64,000 bases of DNA from the NCBI GenBank assembly GCA_030264375.1, contig JASCQW010000081.1:40264246-40328245 (forward strand), given 5' to 3'. The notes below the pieces were generated by a model. That model did no database searches, was not told the DNA's origin, and saw only the letters and a list, made by a program, of their open reading frames with translations. A program made the translations under genes and the position numbers. Positions within the stretch are counted from its first letter, which is position 1, and every line of letters begins with the position of its first letter. Origin of the DNA: Carcharhinus longimanus. Taxonomy: Eukaryota. Below, one piece after another: positions 59,521-64,000 of this stretch.

Positions 59521-61434
59521 TTCACGTGCTGTGGGGTTTTTTTTACTGCCCTACTCTGGGAATTAAAGTAGTTTTAATTGACAGTATTCACAATAGTTTC
59601 AGAATAGAGCACTCCTATCTGTATTAAAAGATAACACACAGCATCACCACAACAGGAGAGACCATTTCTGGCAAGAAAAGATCATTTATATTGGCAGATT
59701 AGGTTTCTGCTGAATAAGGGTATCATTCTGTAGTTTAAAAACAGATTTGATTTAAAATACTATTAAACAAAAATCAAAAAACTGTGCCGTCCATTCTCAT
59801 TTGTTTATCTGTCAAATTCACAAAAAACGCGGTGTTACTCAAGAACAAAACCAGCAGCTGCACTAAAGCAATTAGCTCTCCCTTCTTAAAAAAAAATTAT
59901 TTTATGAGCAGGTTGAAAACGCGAGGACTCACCATTAAAAAGGCTGGGCAAATCATTTTAAAAGTATCACAAGATAACCAACAATCTCAGTTAAATGGAA
60001 CCTTATATAGGTATTTCCCCCAGATGTCTGCCTAAGAAAGCAATGCTTTGTTGCGGTCCTTCGTAGCCCATGGTGGTTGAGCTAGGAAGACGATGGGAGG
60101 GGTGACCCAAATCGTAAAATAAGCGCTTTCATATAAATGCAAAAGGGGGAGGATTTCTTCTCTCACCCTGTGTTTTGGATATGAACATAGTAGGAAGATT
60201 TCTTCTGATCGCTATTCCATGTAAAATTGTAAACACACTCTGAGAATGTATTTACAATTTTTCTCCAAAATAACATAGAAAAAACCTTCCCATTATCATT
60301 CACTCAAATGGTGACTAGAATTCCTCCCTCTCCCTGCATGGTAATTGCCATCTTTTTTGTCTAAAAACTGACTGATATAAAAAAAAAGCACTGTCCTATG
60401 ATGGGAAAATAATTTGCTATATAAATCGGCTAGCTACTCAACAGGCAAAAGATTAGCCAGTCCAGATTCGCATCCTGCAAACCTCGTCTTGAGTTGTCTA
60501 CGTGATTGATATCTGTAATCTTACAGCAAAATAATTTTCCTGTGATGATACATAACATCTGAAATATTAAAAATTACAACTATATACACTGTGATGTAGA
60601 CCAGTGGGGCAGTAGAATGAAAGCTCTCAAGATCTGGTACTGTATGAACAATGGCTGCAGTGCTGAATAAGTCATAATTATGTACAATTAATCTATTAAT
60701 AATTGATGAGATTTCAAGTAATTAAATATTTATTAATCACTTCTCAACCAAGGTAGTACCATTTCGGGCGAAGATGGTGAAATCTGTTCTTACCCTTTGG
60801 GCAGTCCAGCAGCATTATCAGATCTGGCTCCTAAACCAGGTGGCCACATGCTGGCGTCCCTAGGCTATCAATTTAGATTTATCAAAGACCAGCAGTGAGT
60901 TGGGGTTATGGAATAGGAAATTCCAAAGAGACTCCACTCTATACCAACTGCAACAAGCCAACTGGACTCCCATTAAATGTTTAAGTTCTTCTGATGGCTC
61001 AGCTGGTTAATGCTGTTGTCTAACCGGGGCTGCCCCAGGTGGATTAACTATAGTGTTCTGAATTAATCTATCTCAGCCAGGATGGTGGCAGTCATTATTT
61101 CCTTTCCTACTGCCTAACCTGGAACCCTTACCGGAAGTGGATGTGTGGGCTGGGAGGAAGGACATGGTCAGATTTGGCCAGGAAACTTCCAGTGGCAAAA
61201 TAATATGCTGACACATATTAAGGCACTGACGCCCATTATTAAGAAGCAGACTTAAAGGGCAGTCATTTGGTTGTGGCGTAAGGGTAGTCAGCTGGGTAAG
61301 ATGTCCGACGGCAAAGAATATCATGCAGCTGTTCCCAAGAGAAAAATCAATGCCTTCAGGTAAGGAGGAAAACTTCCATGGCTCTGAGATACTGTGGGGT
61401 TTTGATGTGTCTATTCTTTAACTTCAGAGGATGG

Positions 61435-62190
61435 CCATAGGATGAAGAAACAGAAGTAAGCAATTCAGCCCAATGAGTTTGCTCAGCCAATGAGATCATG
61501 ACTGATTTGATATAATCCTCAACTCCACTTTCCCACCATATCCCCATAACATTTGATTCTCTCACTGATCAAAACGTGTTTATCTCAGCCTTGATTATAC
61601 TTAATGACCCAGGCTCTGCATCCCTCTGCAGTAAAGAGGTCCACAGATTCGCTACCCTCAGAGAAGAAATTCCTCCTCATTTCTGTCTCAAATGGGTGAC
61701 CCTTTACCCTGAGATTATGCCCTCTGGTCCTAGACTCGTCCACAAGGGGAGAAAACCTTGCAGCATCTACTCTGTCTAAGCTCCCAAAAATCCCAGAAGT
61801 CTCAATAAACTCCAATGAGAACAAACTACTTAACAACTTCTCAGAAGAAAATCCCTCCATAGTGGGGTCAACCTAATGAACCTTCTGTGGACAGCCTCCA
61901 ATGCCAGTACCACTTTCCTTGGATAAGGGGGCCAAAACTGTCCACAGTATTACAGGTGTGGTCTAACAAGTGCCTTGTTTAGCTTTAACAAGACTTCCCT
62001 ACTTTTGTACTCCATTCCCTTTGAAATAAAGGCCAATGTTCCATTTGTTTTCCCAATTACTGGCTGGACTTGCATGCTAGCTTTTGTGATTTATCCACAA
62101 GGACCCCCAAATCCTTCTGTGCTGCAGCTTTCTGCAGTCTTTCTCCCTTTAAATAATAATCAACTATATTCTGCCAACCAAAGCACACCC
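61435..62190 (-). mobile_element. CR1/HER1 LINE 3' fragment, similar to 21052-21955
   Basis: ORF text DYYLKGERLQKAAAQKDLGVLV and LDRVDAARFSPLVDESRTRGHNLRVKGHPFETEMRRNFFS. Confidence 0.94.
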
Positions 62191-62215
62191 GTCTATATCC
62201 CTCTGTAGATTCTTT

Positions 62216-63171
62216 GGGTGGAATTCTCCTAATAATTTCTAACTGCCTTAGTGGCAAGAATAATAGTGATCTGTGCCGGTTTCTCAGGCATGAACCACAA
62301 ACTCCCCCCTCACACAGACACCTTTTTTTAGTGAGTTAAGAAGTTTGCGCAGGTACTGGGGTCTAAAATTGGTGGCAAGTCAGGCTTCAGAACATGTGGG
62401 TGCCGGTTCACAAGACCTAATCTCAGAGTGTATCGAGAGACCCCTCCCTCTGTACCCTCCACAGACATCAGGATCCTCCTTCCTCTTCAGCAGCATGTTT
62501 CCCCATCCCGTACCTGACATGAGTGACTGGTATTGGGACTCTCCTGACCTCCAATATGCCTTACCATGAAGCTCCCTAATATGCTTCCCCCATCAAGACC
62601 GCCTCCCCAATCCACTCTGTAAAACCCATCAGACATCCCCCCCCCACCCCCCGTCATGGCCTCCACCCCCTTGGCACTGCCCCTGGCACACTGACAGTGC
62701 CAAACTGGCACCACCCAGGCTGTCTGGTGGCCACTGCATTGTTGTCTGGTAACCACTGTTCGGTATTGCTAGTGTGCCAGTTAAGCACTACCAGAATCAG
62801 GTGTGTATCGCCCTGCCCTGCCACTGACCACCTGGGTTGTCTGTGGCCTCCGAATCCTGTGGCATGACCACTGTACCAGGTCTCCACTAGTGGAGACGGT
62901 AGTGATTCTCACCATTATCGCATCATGCTGGAAGGCCAGTGAATCCTGTACGCTGGGATTTGATTGGGTACGCAAATTTAAATACTATTTTAAATATGTT
63001 AATCGGCATCATGCCTTTTCTGAGCATGATCCAGTTCACACAATTAGGAAGGGGCCAGAAGACTTGCAAACTGCTTAGCGTCCGGTGCGAAACAGATTTT
63101 CAGGCCCACTTACTAGTCACTGAGATTGGTGCAATCTGCTAACAGCATGCCAAGGCCAGTGAATTGTCCCC
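62216..63171. mobile_element. GC-rich MITE (Harbinger-like), paralog of 45463-46335
   Basis: Ends gggtggaattctcc and gtgaattgtcccc, with internal similarity to 45463-46335. Confidence 0.75.
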
Positions 63172-63684
63172 TAAGTCCTAGAGTCCAGGAACTGATAATT
63201 GTGGGGATCTTGGGGCAAGATGAGGTGGTGAGGACCAGGGGTTGGGCAGAATGCAGTTTACAGTGTTGGTGGCGTGGCCTGGAGATGGTGGGTTGGGTGA
63301 AGGGAGGCTGTGGAGCACCTGTGGCAGACAGATCTTATGAGGTGATGTGCCCAATGTTGGTAATGAGCCACTGATGGAGGCATTCCCTCCCTTTTCCTCC
63401 CAGCCAAGGCCCGAGCAGAAACAATTTCCAGACTTCCCCTTGTTTCATACCCCATCCCACCAACCTGAAAATTGAGGCTGAGCATAATTTGGCCTTTAAG
63501 TCATTAATTGACCACTCAAGAGTCTCAATTGTGAAAGGATAGGCCAGGCTAAGCCTTGTCCATTTCACCTTAACATTGCAGAGGAGCCTGGGCAGGTGGG
63601 AGGGCAATTGAAAGGCCACCAGAGGAACTTTATAGTCTCCTCCGCTTGCAAACCAATGCATCAGCAGAATGCTAAATTCTGCCC
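63172..63684. mobile_element. Right half of a decayed MITE ending aaattctgccc (left half probably at about 61100-61430)
   Basis: The terminus is the reverse complement of the gggcagaattt starts seen elsewhere, and its internal motifs are shared with 20380-20930. Confidence 0.5.
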
Positions 63685-64000
63685 GTGAACATGCTCTCCA
63701 TTACACAAAAATTCTGATATTAAAATAACAAAACTTTAGTCAAAGAACCAAATGTAATCCTAAGGGCCTAAATATACTAAACACAAGCATGTTGGTTCCC
63801 GTCCTTACTGAAATTCTCACCTTCGCTGAACTTTAAAAAAAGTGAACAAATATCATTTTATCTTTCCTTTAGAATTAACAAAAGCAGGAATTTTGGCTTC
63901 GTAAAATATTTGCGAGCAAAGCCCAGCCTGTAAATTCAGCCAATATTGTTCCTGCATAACATTCATGTCTGGCAGTCAGACCTGGCTAAATCTGATATAC

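Overview
Repeat-rich, AT-rich vertebrate DNA with eight N-gaps and no host protein-coding exon, tRNA, rRNA or CRISPR array that I can recognise. It reads as a large intron or gene desert. The repeat set points to a cartilaginous fish (elasmobranch shark; inference): HE1-type V-SINEs, SacSINE1-type Deu-SINEs, CR1/HER1, L2, RTE and Rex1/Babar LINE fragments, Penelope-like elements with hammerhead-ribozyme motifs, a decayed PIF/Harbinger transposase with GGGC-ended MITEs, and a solo LTR. Nearly all listed ORFs are TE remnants, antisense reads of TEs, or N-gap/tandem-repeat artefacts. The best lead is an HE1/V-SINE subtype whose 3' stem-loop tail matches the Rex1/Babar LINE end in the same window rather than the CR1/HER1 tail, suggesting a SINE-LINE partner switch. 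Other leads are inverted Penelope ends with opposed hammerheads, TSD-proven nested insertions, an inverted duplication across a SINE junction, possible LF-SINE-like relics and several TE-poor, enhancer-like blocks. Family names come from my recall of consensus motifs, not from database searches, and boundaries are approximate unless a TSD or TIR is quoted.
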